DNA from: Adineta vaga
Taxonomy: Eukaryota; Animalia; Rotifera
Direction: 5' to 3'
NCBI GenBank assembly: GCA_021613535.1
Contig: CP075496.1
Span: 5,146,001 to 5,210,000 of the forward strand
DNA length: 64,000 bases
The notes under the pieces were generated by a model. It ran no database searches, had not been told where the DNA came from, and worked only from the letters and a program-made list of their open reading frames with translations. Position 1 is the stretch's first letter. Each line of letters starts with the position of its first letter. Of this stretch, positions 1 to 12,635 are shown one piece after another. The position numbers and the translations under genes were made by a program.

Positions 1-610
1 TGGACAATCATAACATGAATACGCGAAGAGAGATTGTATACTACCAAGTATGAATAGATATAAACAATAATGAAAATAATTAACGAGAGACATTCTTCGA
101 AATGTAATTTCAGTTTAAAATAAAGAAGAAGAAAAGATGTTTTTACAACTGGACTATCTTTATAAATCAACAAAAAATGCCTATAAATTTTGTCACTTCA
201 TAATGACAGAGATAAAAGAAAACATCATCTCTAAATCAACAATCTTATACATAAAGAAAAACATGTGTTTTGCATTCTATAAAAACAAAATCACCTTTCA
301 GGTCAGTTTTTTGCGAATCCATGATTGATAGATTTAATCTTAGATTCATTAATGGACATATCATTCATCTTTTATTATGTCAAACATTTGAATAGACTCG
401 ATCATTTACATATATTAGTCAAGTAACTTACACTCTATAAAGAAACAACATATATACATCAGTCTTTTTTAGTTCTATATGACTATTTAATGAACTATTA
501 ACGTAAGGTACTTTCTTGCTCTCTCTCTCTCTCTCACTTTCTTCAAAGAAAAACAACTGGTATCTTACATGATTTAGCACACTAAACACGACAGTATCTG
601 TTTCGAAAAC

Positions 611-1518
611 ATGAATAAAGTTAATAGGTCAGAAGAAAATCTAACAACTATTATGACGAATACATCTACGAATAATTATGATACGAATGGTGCTATGTTA
701 TATATAATCACAGTTCTTCTTTGGTACTCAGTTGGTGTCATATTGATTTTAGCCATGCAAATGTCTGGTCGTTCTCATGAAATTGAAGATTCTGTAAAAC
801 GTCGAGCAAGATATCTGATTCGAAACTTGAGTGATCATTATAATACACAAGAAATCTTAGGTAATTTATTGTAATATTTATGGTGATTTTAAATCTCAAT
901 TCTTTTCTTTTTCCTGTAGAAGAATTAGCCAATAAACAAAATCGAGATCGACTTTGGAAGATATATATGGGTACCAATACTAAAGATTGTCTGATGGGCG
1001 CTGAAAATGTTCGTATTCGTCATATTAAAAAACAATTAGCAACTATAAAACGAAATCATCGAATAAAACATGATGGACTTTTCCCTTCAACAAACGAACA
1101 GACACATTATCTTCGTAGTCGTTCAGAATATCAATCAGATTTATCAGCACCAACGTCGACTCTTCGACGTCGCTCATCTTTTGATCAACAAGCTCTTGAT
1201 CGTTTGAAACAGTTTGATAATCAATCAAAATCATCCGAAACACAATTATTATGGTCAAGTCGAAAAACAATTATTCGAAAATATTTTCGACGTTCTACAA
1301 AAAAACCTTTTTTAACACCATCTCCACACACAGATTGTTCTGTTAGAATCGATAATCCAGAGCCAATGGGCTTTTCGACAACATCAAGTCCCACTTCGAA
1401 ACTTTCACGTCGTCGAACAGAAGCGAACATATCATTGATAACATCAACTATTGCCCATAGACAAAATCCTTATTTAAGTTATTTTTCCATTCCATCTACT
1501 CGAACAATAATAAGTTAA
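611..1518 (+). CDS. Single-pass membrane protein with short N-glycosylated N-terminus and long basic/Ser-rich tail; 2 exons
   Basis: ORF 611-874 joins ORF 880-1518 in frame through a GT-AG intron at 861-919 (QEIL|EELANK). It has one hydrophobic helix (GAMLYIITVLLWYSVGVILILAM) and sequons NRS/NLT/NTS upstream of it. Confidence 0.7.
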
Positions 1519-2183
1519 TGATCGTTATTTGTTCTGTAATACTTCTCAAAATTAATAGACATTAAAATTTTTTCCGAACAGAAAAAGAAAGAAAAATTAT
1601 TTCAAATCAAACAAACAAAAATCTTATAGGCTCGACAAATACAAAGAAAATCAACAAAATGCAGCGCACAAATGGACGGAGCGAGAAGAACAAAGAGGAG
1701 GAAAAAAAACGCTTAAGTACAAAGATATGAGTAAATGCCCATATTCATGGCGCTATTACATACAATATACAAAAATCCGAAAAACATTTATACACACCAC
1801 AAGATTATTTAAGAAAAAGAAACAGGAGATCAAAGGTGAAGAGAAAAACAGAGCGGATAATCAAATAGAGGAAGCGTTCGTGATTCAACATGAGACTGAA
1901 TATATTTATCACTGTTGGTTAGTTAGAGAGGGAGAAAGAAGAAAAAGGAAGGAGAAAAAACTGATTATTGACGTCGAAAACGTTTGATATCATTATCCGA
2001 TGTTGAAAGATTTTCATCTATAGAACGTTTGAGTAATAATTGTTGTTTATCAACAAGATCAACAATAGTCAATGGTTGCTGTTTTTGATAGTTACTAAGA
2101 GCCGAAAGGACTTGTTGTTTTTCATTGGTTGATAATGTTGATGAAGTTGAAGACGAGTCATCATATGAATCACACGCTGATTG

Positions 2184-5100
2184 TCAAAGAGCTTTGCCTG
2201 GTCTGTGGAAGAAAGAAAAAAGAGAATAAAACGAAAATTAAAAGTGAATCTCTTCTTACAAAGCAAATGACATATTTTTAAAATCATGTTCAGGAAATCC
2301 AGTTAAAAATAATGTTGAACAACCACCATTTAGTTGTCCATTTGCTGTTGCAACAGCTACAGCTGAATTTGTTTGTTGCATTTGTGTCATCCCTGCTGTT
2401 GCTTGCATTGGATGACCCATACCCTAGAAATAGACAATAGATACATAGAAAAAGATGAAATCGATTAATAAAACAGATTGTGTAACAAGCAAATCTGTGC
2501 ATTTAGAATAAATAGAAGAAAACGGTATAAATATGCGCGCGCATGAACGAACCATTGAATTAAAGAAGAAACAAATTGTACGAAAAGTAAAGAAACAAAA
2601 GTTCTTTTTATATTGATCATTCACACGTATAAATATTAGGAAAGAAAAAAAAGAAAGTAGTGAGTACTAGATACTAATTCAAGGTCTTGTATGCTCCTGT
2701 GTCATATTATTGTTCAGTTTTGGTTTTATATGTATATTTTGTTTTTGATTGTTTGGTTTAATAGTGTATACGCGCGCGTGTACGTGAAAATGTTGTTTAA
2801 TTGGAGCTGTGTCGAATGTAGAGTAAGAAAAGTATATGAGAAAAAACAAATTGACACTAATCGTGCCAGTGGTCAGTGATCGAATGACTAGTAGTGGAAA
2901 GATAGATCTTTTTAATACTATTTTGATTTGGTTCTTTTTTTTTGCTTTTTTAAATGCTGTTTCTTTTATCGAACCATCGATACTTACATAACAGAACTCT
3001 GTCAGCTCATCAACTTAAATAATACATAGGAAGGAAATTGCTGTGGTTTTAATAGATATTTCGAAGATGAAAATGAGAATATACGTACCATTGGTGGACC
3101 ATGAAGAGCAGTATGTAATAAAGCTGGATGATGAAGACCAGCTGGACCTAAATCAAACGTTAATGGTTGACCCCAAGCTTCTGTTGGAAAGAAAGCGGCG
3201 CCAAGTTCTTCTACAGAAAACATCATGTCAATTATTTGAATCGATATTTGATTAAAATGGAAAACATACGTGGAATTTGAATAAATTGTTGTGTTGCAGC
3301 TGCTAATGAATTTTGTGTTGGATGTTTAGGTTTTTGAACTTTCGTATTCGATTTAGCAAATTCAAGACGAAGTGTTGCTGGTAAATCAGGATCAAAACGA
3401 ACACCCTATTTACAAAAAAATGAATCGTTATATAAAAACACAAATAGATAATCTTCATTCTTACAGTAAGGTCTTGTTTAGCTGTTTCAGCATCAACACG
3501 ACTGGCAAATGTAACAAAGCCAACAGGTGATAAATTTTTACCATTTTTATTGGTCACTTTCAATAGACTTCCTTCATAACCCTAGAAATAATAAAAAAAA
3601 AGAACTTTGATAACCATAACGGTCATACATGTCCAATTCAATCGTATGTTTGATCAGCCGATAGACAAGTCTCTAATGACTAACACTTCTCTTTCTGTCT
3701 GTCAATCAAATTCATGCAAACGATATGTTATAAAAGAGAGAGAAATAGGGAAAAAAGCAAAGTAAAATAGGATTAATGAAATAATTTCAGTGGAGATGTG
3801 ACATGAATATAACGCAATAAAAATACTAGATTATTTCTATCATTTACCTTGAATCCTCGAAATAGAAGATAGAGTTCGCGAGGTTTTGCATCCATCGGTA
3901 AACCAGAAACGAACAATGTTCGGACCTATAAAAATAAAATTATTGAAATATATCATATAAAACAAGACACAAATTTCTTCGAAAAAATTTTATATCTTTT
4001 TTACTAAGATGGTGAATAAAAGCATGGACACATACCGGTCGTCTATATACTAGATGTGCCTGATCGATATTGGATCGAAATGCTTTTTTGTTGGTGCTAG
4101 TATTCGTGCTAATAGTTGCACTTCCGTTGTCGACAGTTGTTTCATGTGTCATCTCAAGTTCTCCTATGAATTTTGTGTATGTATGTGATAGTCGAGGTGA
4201 TGATGAAAATCTGGTTATATTTTGATCAATAGCGGGAGAGAAACAAAGAATGATTGAAAAGAAAGCAAGTGAATGACACACTTGAAGTGAACAGTTCTTC
4301 CTAATTGAGAAATGAAGAGCAATGATGTGAAGGGAGACGACAAGTAACGACAATTAAGAGAGAGAAAGAAAATAAGAGACGAAAAAGAAAATGTTGTTTA
4401 TACAATTGGTGATGACGAGAACAAGAGATGTTGCGTGTGTTGATCTAACTTGCATATGCGCATCAGGTGTGTCGATATATATATATGTACGTGTGTGTGT
4501 GCTTATGCTTTTCAATTAGTTAATGAGAGAGATACATGAAAAAAAAGAAGAAGATAAAACAAGGGTTACAAGAATAGAATCTAACGGCTTCTGGTTACAC
4601 TCACCTCTGGGTTACACGACAATGATGATGATGAGGACGATGACATTGTCGTGCACATACCAACACACTTCAAAAGGCTTTTACGGTGAAAAGAAGAAAA
4701 ACAGACGATGATGACAATACCGGTAACGAAAAAGGTCTTTGTTCGAACTAATTGAATTTTATAGATCAATACTTGAAAAAGAATAGAGAAGCAATGCGTC
4801 TACCTTTGTTTGGCACTATTAAATAGACAGAAGAACGAAAAATAGAAGAAGACGAGTCAATAGAGACACACGAATGGATGAAATCATTTATGTTTCTTTT
4901 TGCTCTTTTCTTTTTCTTCTCTATTTGCTACTGTATTGAGACATTTTCAAAATTCCACTTCTCAAATCATAAAAAAAAACTAACACTATAATCAAAGGTT
5001 ACTTGGTATCCGTTTGATGTAGTGCCATACATCATGTAATACGAGAAGATCAAATCAAGTTTTCATTTTGTCTCTATGTGTTGAAACTGAAGGAAAGAAA

Positions 5101-8100
5101 CTCTAGTCGTGATAGATTACGAAAAATCAGTTTGATACTTGTTTTTCGATTTTAATTTGAATAGAAATTTATCTCGAGAATGAAAAATAAACTACGAGAA
5201 GACTATTCTCATTTAACTGGAACAGTTAATAATGGTGTGTAAATATATGTATATTCGGTTCAATAAATTTTCTTTTCTTTCAATCAAATATATCACAGAT
5301 AGCGTGACTAATTATGTCCGAAACAAGATTGCGTGATAACATAGTCGTACAATTCTCAACTCGACTAAAAGCTTTTTTTCTCTTTTTCTTCTTCAATGTT
5401 AGATTTTTTGCAAATAAAAAAAATACGTGTTCGTCTTTCTTTTTTCGATATACATGAAGTCGATCGATTGATTTAATCAAGAAATATATTTATTTTGTTC
5501 TATTGTTTATATATTTAGACGAACGAAACAATCTGTGTATATATACATATATATCTTAATTGTTATCCAGGGGATACTTATCGTCATCAAGGAACAATTT
5601 GATCATTACCAGATATCGTCTCTGACTTTCGAAGTGCAACAACAATTCACGCATATACATCGAGACAAAGCAGTGAATACAAAGCTATAAGATATAATCA
5701 GATGAAAATCCGATTGGTGCGAATAAAAAGTGACTTTTCTGTTTATATTGGATAAGTGCTCATCGTGTTTAGACATGTACGTTGTGCTATACAGTGCATA
5801 AGCGTCATCGACTAAAGAAGTGCGACAAAGGATTACGTGCTAATCAGAAGTGTTGAATTGAACAGACAACTTAAAATGTGTTGAAATTCTGTTTATCTAC
5901 TTACTTCATTCAGTTCATCAGTAGCACTTTTCATTTTGTAGCAATGACTACAATAGATAGGTCATAATAGAACAAATTGATAACTGTATACACATATATA
6001 TATATCAATAAAACAATCTCTACTTTCGCTTCTTCTTCTCCTTCTCCTTCTCTTTTATATCTATTTACCTCAACAATCAATATGAATGTTCAATAACGAT
6101 TGAAAAAAAAGAGAGAACGGTAGTGAAACTGTGGTAGTAGTTATAGAGTTTGTTCGATCGTTTGCCGCCACCACTGTAGTCGCATCATGATATCAATTTA
6201 AATAGGTAACGCGAGAGGAGCAAAAAATGCGATTGCACATTCTCGCGTTCGTTTTCAATGATTATAAGAAATAAAAGAAGAAAAAAAAGGAGAAGACGAA
6301 GAAAAAAGAAAAACTAGAGAAAGTTCTTCATTTATTCCCTCGGCACTCTGCTACTTCTTCCGTCGAACATTATATACAAAAGAAGAAACTAAATTTTCTT
6401 AAATGCATAAAATTAAGAAAAAAAACCGAGAGACCGGAAATAAGCCAGTCAAAAGATCGATCGGAATGAAGAAACGATTCGATCACTTGTTACATATAGG
6501 GAAAAGTTTAATGTACCCTCGAGTAAATGCAACCAAATGCTCGTCTGTAATCGGAAACACTTTTCAATCAGGTAGAAAATGAAAAGTAAGTTAGTGAAAG
6601 TGATGAAAGAACAGTTGAATAGATATTCAATGATTTTTGAACATTCGAGATTGACTAATGAAGTTTCTCAATGAAACGAAACGAAATTGAAAATCAATCT
6701 CAATCAATATTGCCTACAATGATCTTTAGAACTTCTACCATTCGAGTCATATATCAATCTCATTTTTCAACATTGACATTTAACATCATTGATAGATTTA
6801 AATGCCGCAATATCTCATTTAAGTTATCTACCAACAGATATCACTAAATCATGCAAAGATAGTTTTCTTTCAATCAAATCTTACTCGATTACTATATACA
6901 TGACATGTATTCTCTACTATCTCGTAATTGTTTTGTTTGTAGTTTTAGACGAGTTCTTTTCTCGTAATCAATTAAAACTAACTAGTATAAATTTTCAGAG
7001 AAAATAACCAGAAATACGATATTATCATTATTCTAGGTCGAAAAATATCCTTTGCCTCTACGCATCTACAATTACCGAGATATACAGAGCGTAACGATCG
7101 TATTCTTTATAAAAGTCCAAAATTGCTATGATAAAGATCTCTAAGTCAAACAATCAATAATTAATCAGATCGTTAATTATAAGTTTGACAAATACAAATC
7201 AGTTTCGTCTTACCTAGAATCATTTCTATTCATATTATCATCAGTATCTTCACGATGAATGATAGATTCCATAGAAATTATTTTTATATGTGAAAATGTA
7301 TTGTTACTATTTAGAATGAATTCATCGATGCTATATTCTCGTTTTATCAACAAGACATTCGAAAAGAAAAGAAATGAAATTTAACTCGTAGTCACCTTTT
7401 TCCCTCTATTATTATTCTATTGTCTTATTGCGTAAAATAAGAAAGAAAAACTAGAGAAAGTGTCGTACAATTGTAATTCCATCTGACTTGCATTGTTCTT
7501 TCTTTTCCCCTTTTTTTCAATCATATATCTAAATTTTTCTTCTTTTTTTATAGTGCTATTTCAAAGTTAAAATATAGCCCAAAGGTAATCAAGTTGCGAG
7601 TTAGTGTCACTTTGATTCATAAAAGCAATACTATCGCAATAACGATTGTTTGTCAGTGTCTTTCATCCACTCAATGCTTTGACAAGTATCTTCTAGTAGC
7701 AATAGTAGAACGATAATAATTGTCTGTATAGTTGCAATACGAATAATATGTTTCTTTCTTTCTTTCTTTTGATTTATTTCCTTTGTCAATCGAAGACTAA
7801 GTCAAAAAGCATGATCATTATTAATCTTCTCAAGTAAATTATTATCTATTGAATAAAAGAAAACCTTCAAATTTGTCTTGCTTGCTTCACTAATATTATT
7901 ATGAATTTGATGTATTTATGATGAATAGTTCCCTCGTGTAATAATAATAATAATGATAAGTAAAAAAAATGACATGAATGTACGTGTGAATCGCCTTAGG
8001 GACAAGTGGAAAATCGATTTTCTTTTCTCGAAGAAAAGTATCTTTATCATTCAGCACGTCTTTCTTCTATTCTTTCATTCGTTTACTCAATCGTTACAAA

Positions 8101-9629
8101 GAACAGCTGCGCATTTTAACAATGAGTCTACACTCTCGTTTGAATCTTCTATCTTTCAGGCCATTAACTGCATATGCTTGCCACACACTCAATAATGTAA
8201 TAATCAGAAAGTGTCGACAATCAATGTAGATCGTCGATCGTGCGTGAGCTTTTCATAAGTTTTCTTTTCTTTTGATTCTAAGAAGCAAACATCCTCTAAG
8301 ACACATATTTGCACAGACAAAGGTTTCTTCTACAATGAACAGGTCATCGAAAGAATAAGAAAAAAGGTTAATGTCCTGCATCGATTCTTGTCTTACTTGC
8401 TCGTAGGTCCATAAGCTAACATTGGTAACATCTGCATCGTTCTTTGACAATGTTGAAGAAAAAGTAACACGAAACAAATGAATTGTAAAATAAAAACAAG
8501 ACGACGACGACGACGATAAAGCAAAAGAAAATCTCGTCTTTATCTAAAACCTTTAAATTAGTTCATTTGCAAAGCTTATCCATATGTTTGCATGTCAACT
8601 AAGTATTGCTTTTATTCCCTTGTCAATGTTCTTAATGCTTTTTTTCTTCTTCTTCTTCTTCATCTGATTAAAGAAAGAAACAGAAAACGAAAAGATATTT
8701 CAATACCTAGATTGATTATCATTATTAACTTTATTTCTAAATTGATTATTCAATCTGGGAGAATAAAACGACAATGAATGATAGATTAAAACATCAATGA
8801 ATTCAGAGTGGAAACTAACTTGGTTAGTTTTGTCTTCCGAACGACGAAAAAATACACCCGAACAATGGCACTTTATTCGAAACAATCGATTAAGATGATA
8901 ATCATCAACAAGCTTAATAGAACTTAAGTTTTTTTTCTTCTAATCACAATACTACGATTATTTTACTGAATCGATTATAGTGCAATCGACGATTAGAATC
9001 TTGTCATGTGTATGAGTATAAAAAGAAAGAAGGAAAGAAAGAGAGAAAGAAGATGAGGAATAATAAGAGTAGAAAGACAGACTACAAGATAAACAAATAA
9101 GACAAAACAATTAGAGAACGAACGATGCCAGGTGGCGATCTCCTTATTGTTACTTATATATACATATATAAGGAAATGAATCTAATCATCTGGATATAGT
9201 AAATGTTTTATGAATTATCGTATTGCTTACCTCATCATCTGTAAAACCAATATTATTAATTGATTCCATACTTTGTGAGAGGCTATGTCCGCTAGAACCA
9301 CTACCTCCGCCATTCTCTTCAATATTATTTGGATTATTATTTGATGTTGTTGTTACAGTTAATAGTGAATTAACATTATTTGTATGAGGAACTGTTAATG
9401 AGTGAAATGTATCCGTATTAGATGTTGGTCTCGAAAATTGTTGATGAGAATGTGATGAAATAGAAGATCGATGGAGGGGAAGTTGAACTTGATGATGAGC
9501 AACATTGGAAACAGAATGAAGTGTTGCTGGTGCTGTTGGTAACATCTGTTTAATAAGAGGAGATTTAGATCCTATTGTCGATGATGGACCTGGTAGAAGA
9601 TAAGCGGTAGAAGATGTTGTCATTTGCAT
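2184..9629 (-). CDS. cpo: RBPMS/couch potato/MEC-8 family RRM RNA-binding protein, long isoform (first coding exon 9629-9231)
   Basis: Spliced exons give DDE|[26 protein letters not shown]|[10 protein letters not shown]...SPVGFVTF...|[22 protein letters not shown], the diagnostic cpo/MEC-8/RBPMS RRM. Further exons lie at ~3213-3087, 2423-2260 and 2202-2184 (TGA). Confidence 0.9.
4036..4152 (-). CDS. Alternative first coding exon of the RBPMS/cpo gene ([11 protein letters not shown]...VYRRP)
   Basis: ATG at 4152, 39 codons, phase-0 GTATGT donor at 4035 that is compatible with the RRM exon starting at 3925. Confidence 0.55.
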
Positions 9630-12600
9630 AATCAATTTTCTATATGTATATATTTATTTATAATATCGGTCAATCTAAATAGAATGACATTCTGTTAGAA
9701 ATGTTTTATGAAATAAAATATACAGTTTCTTTTTTTTTTGTATGTATGGTTTATATTTTTCATCTGTGTATATGAGAAAGGGAAGAGAAAAAGTGATACA
9801 CGTCCGTTCAAACGACGGTCATGCACATAAAATTCTTCATCATCAGACAAAAGAGAAAGGGAGGGAAAGAGGTAAAAGAAGAGAATAGAAGAAAAGGTCG
9901 TTCTGCTAGCTCTACATGCTTATTCTCTAACTGTGCGACTAAAGAGAGAATTTAAAGGTGTTGTGCGCCGTCGCGCTCTCTCTCTTCCTCTCATTTGTGC
10001 TCGTTTCATCGTCGGGCCGGAGGGAGAGGTGCGAGTGTTTTCTTCTATCTCTCTTCGCATCTTCCATGAATCTTTTACTATTCTTTGTCGTTTACATTGA
10101 TCTATCCATCTATCTATTTTTCTATCGCTTCGTTTTTTTTCCTTTTTTCATATTTCTTCATCCTACATGCACGCATATAGATAAATACATAACATACTCA
10201 ACTATGTTTCAAATAAAAAAAAATATGTGTGAGAGTAAATGAAGCTAAAAGAAAAGAAATAGGAAAAGAAAGAAACTACATCAGTCGATAGAGTCAGTTT
10301 TTGACAAGTAAATTGTCTTTATCATTGCGCTAGTCGACGACTGGTGCACACGCACATATATTCTTATTGATGAGAAGCATAAGGAAAGCATTGGTAGAAG
10401 AGAGATAGAGAGAGAGAGAACGACAGTGAGAGGAAATCATCTTCTGCTCGTCGTTTACTTTGTCGACAACATCGATGTACTGCTGTTGCACTCTTTCTAA
10501 CCGATAATCATCGAACATGGCGTTTAGTCCAATTAGCCATTGGCATTTTCACAAAATTGCAATCCTACATAAGAAGACATCATAAGTTACCATTATCAAG
10601 CATGTACGCTTAGACCATGTTGAAGGTCGAGTAGCCTATGGTCTATCCGTATTTTGACATGATTAAAATCAAAACAAGAAAAAGAATAACAGAATAGAGA
10701 AGAAAAGAAAGTCGTGCATGAATATCCTCATTATCATAATTTCTTTCTTTGTTCGTACTTCTGCGAACTGAAGGATGCATGCATACACACATACATCGAT
10801 TTACGCTGTTACAAACACATGAAAAGAGGCTTGCAAGTCGAGAAGAATAAGAACAGCAGTAGTAGAAGAAGAAGAAGAAAAAGAAGACGAAGAAGGAAGA
10901 GTGCAAGTTTGATTGTTTGTTAATGTTTTTTCAGGACAAGGATTGTGGCGAGCTATTCTCTCGTTCTTCAACCTATTGATTATTATTTCTTTTTATACTA
11001 CTATATATTATTGCGATTGCTGTGACACATATCCCAACCATCCCTCTTATGTATGATTAGTGTCAATATCCCATCACTGTATATGACAGACGTCAGATCA
11101 TAAGAAGAGAAAACTCAGCAGTTCCACATATAATTGAAGACAAGGAAGAAGAAGAACAAGAAGAAGAAGAAGTAAAGATGTACTTCAAGTCATTAAAATA
11201 GATGGAATGATTAGTGAACAATACTAACAAAACTAATCAACGATTCATACAAGAAAAAATGATGATTTTTCTTTTGTTTGTTGATTTCTAAAGATTCTCA
11301 AGGAACAGAAAAGTTGTCTTTTGGCTTCGAGTTTATTCAATCATAATAATAATAATAATAATGCGTAAAGATTATAGGACAGAAAAACGATTTGAGTGTC
11401 AATATATCTATTGCAAGGAAATGACCTTTTCCAGATCTAGTGATGAAACATGGATGATAAACAAGCAGTAAAAGAATCTGAGTAAAAAAAAGAGCAAAAT
11501 GATCTTATTAGAATATGTTACATTGACGATTGGTTTACTTTCCTCAGTAAATAAATAATGTATCCGATTTTGATTTTTTTTCATTGCTAAATTTATTTTC
11601 TTACGCGTTAATGAGTGTGTAATCGTTGTCGAGTTTTGTTTCATCTTACCATTTGATGTTTCACGCTGTTCTTTCGGATGTTATTGTCTATTATGCAAGT
11701 TCATGAACATTTACCAAGTCTATTTTTACAGATGGAATGAATTATACAATGAGTAAAACGAAATTGAAAGGATGACTTTTTTTCAAATATTGAATAGAAG
11801 GGAAGCTCGTAAAAATTCATTCGATCATTGACCTTTTCATGTTTTATATTCAATATTGATTTTTGCCTGTAAAAATATGCTGAATCAGTTTTTTTTCACG
11901 AGTCATTATTAAAAGTCAATGGAATATAAAAATGTATAGCTGATTCAAATACAATTTTGCATATTGTTTATAGAACTTAAATGGAAGAAAAGAAAACTCA
12001 TTCGATGGAAATAATATTCAGATATTCGAAAAACACACATACATTTATTTATTGATTATTAGTGAAATTAACTTATAAGAAAAAAAAGCTCCAGGGAATT
12101 GATCGGAAAGGAGATTTTGGATGGAAATAGTAAAATATTATAAATATTCTTTTAAAGGAAAAGATATCCTTATTTAGTAGATAGTTACATCCGTAAATAC
12201 TTCAAGATTGAAGATGAGATTATAAAGTGGTAGGAATTGTTGATCGATTGTCTCGAAAAGATTTTCGTTCTATCACAAAGACGATAGATGTCACTAGAAG
12301 ACGATATAAATTATAATAAACGAATATATTCGAGAATCTTCCTGAAAAATAAATTTGATAATGCTTTTCATATTATTCTATGAAAAGATCTGATTTCTTT
12401 TTAAAGAAAACTATTAATTCTATAGTGAGATGTCGGTAGTATCAATGTTTGTCAACTCAGTGACATTTGCGAATGGTTGACTTTAATAGCTATTTTTCCT
12501 TTCCTTTTTTCCGATGCAGGGGATTTTATTTCATAAAAACGGAAAATACATATTAGTCATTATGCAACAAAACTATTTAATTTCAGAACAAAATTAGATT

Positions 12601-12635
12601 TTTGTTTACTTTTAAATGTTTGACATCGAATAAAT

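Noticed and set aside
2069-2287. ORF-track 72-aa ORF as the last cpo exon
   Set aside because: Splice phase (TT|A) places the true frame elsewhere, giving LPGKAL*. This ORF runs through the intron.
4200-9180. Many 60-90 aa ORFs in the long cpo intron
   Set aside because: They are low-complexity F/K/I-rich translations of AT-rich and purine-tract DNA, with no motifs or consistent splice structure.
9640-12600. Short ORFs and GAA/GA tracts upstream of cpo and PIAS
   Set aside because: These are simple-sequence UTR, promoter or intergenic DNA with no recognisable domain, terminal repeat or RNA gene.
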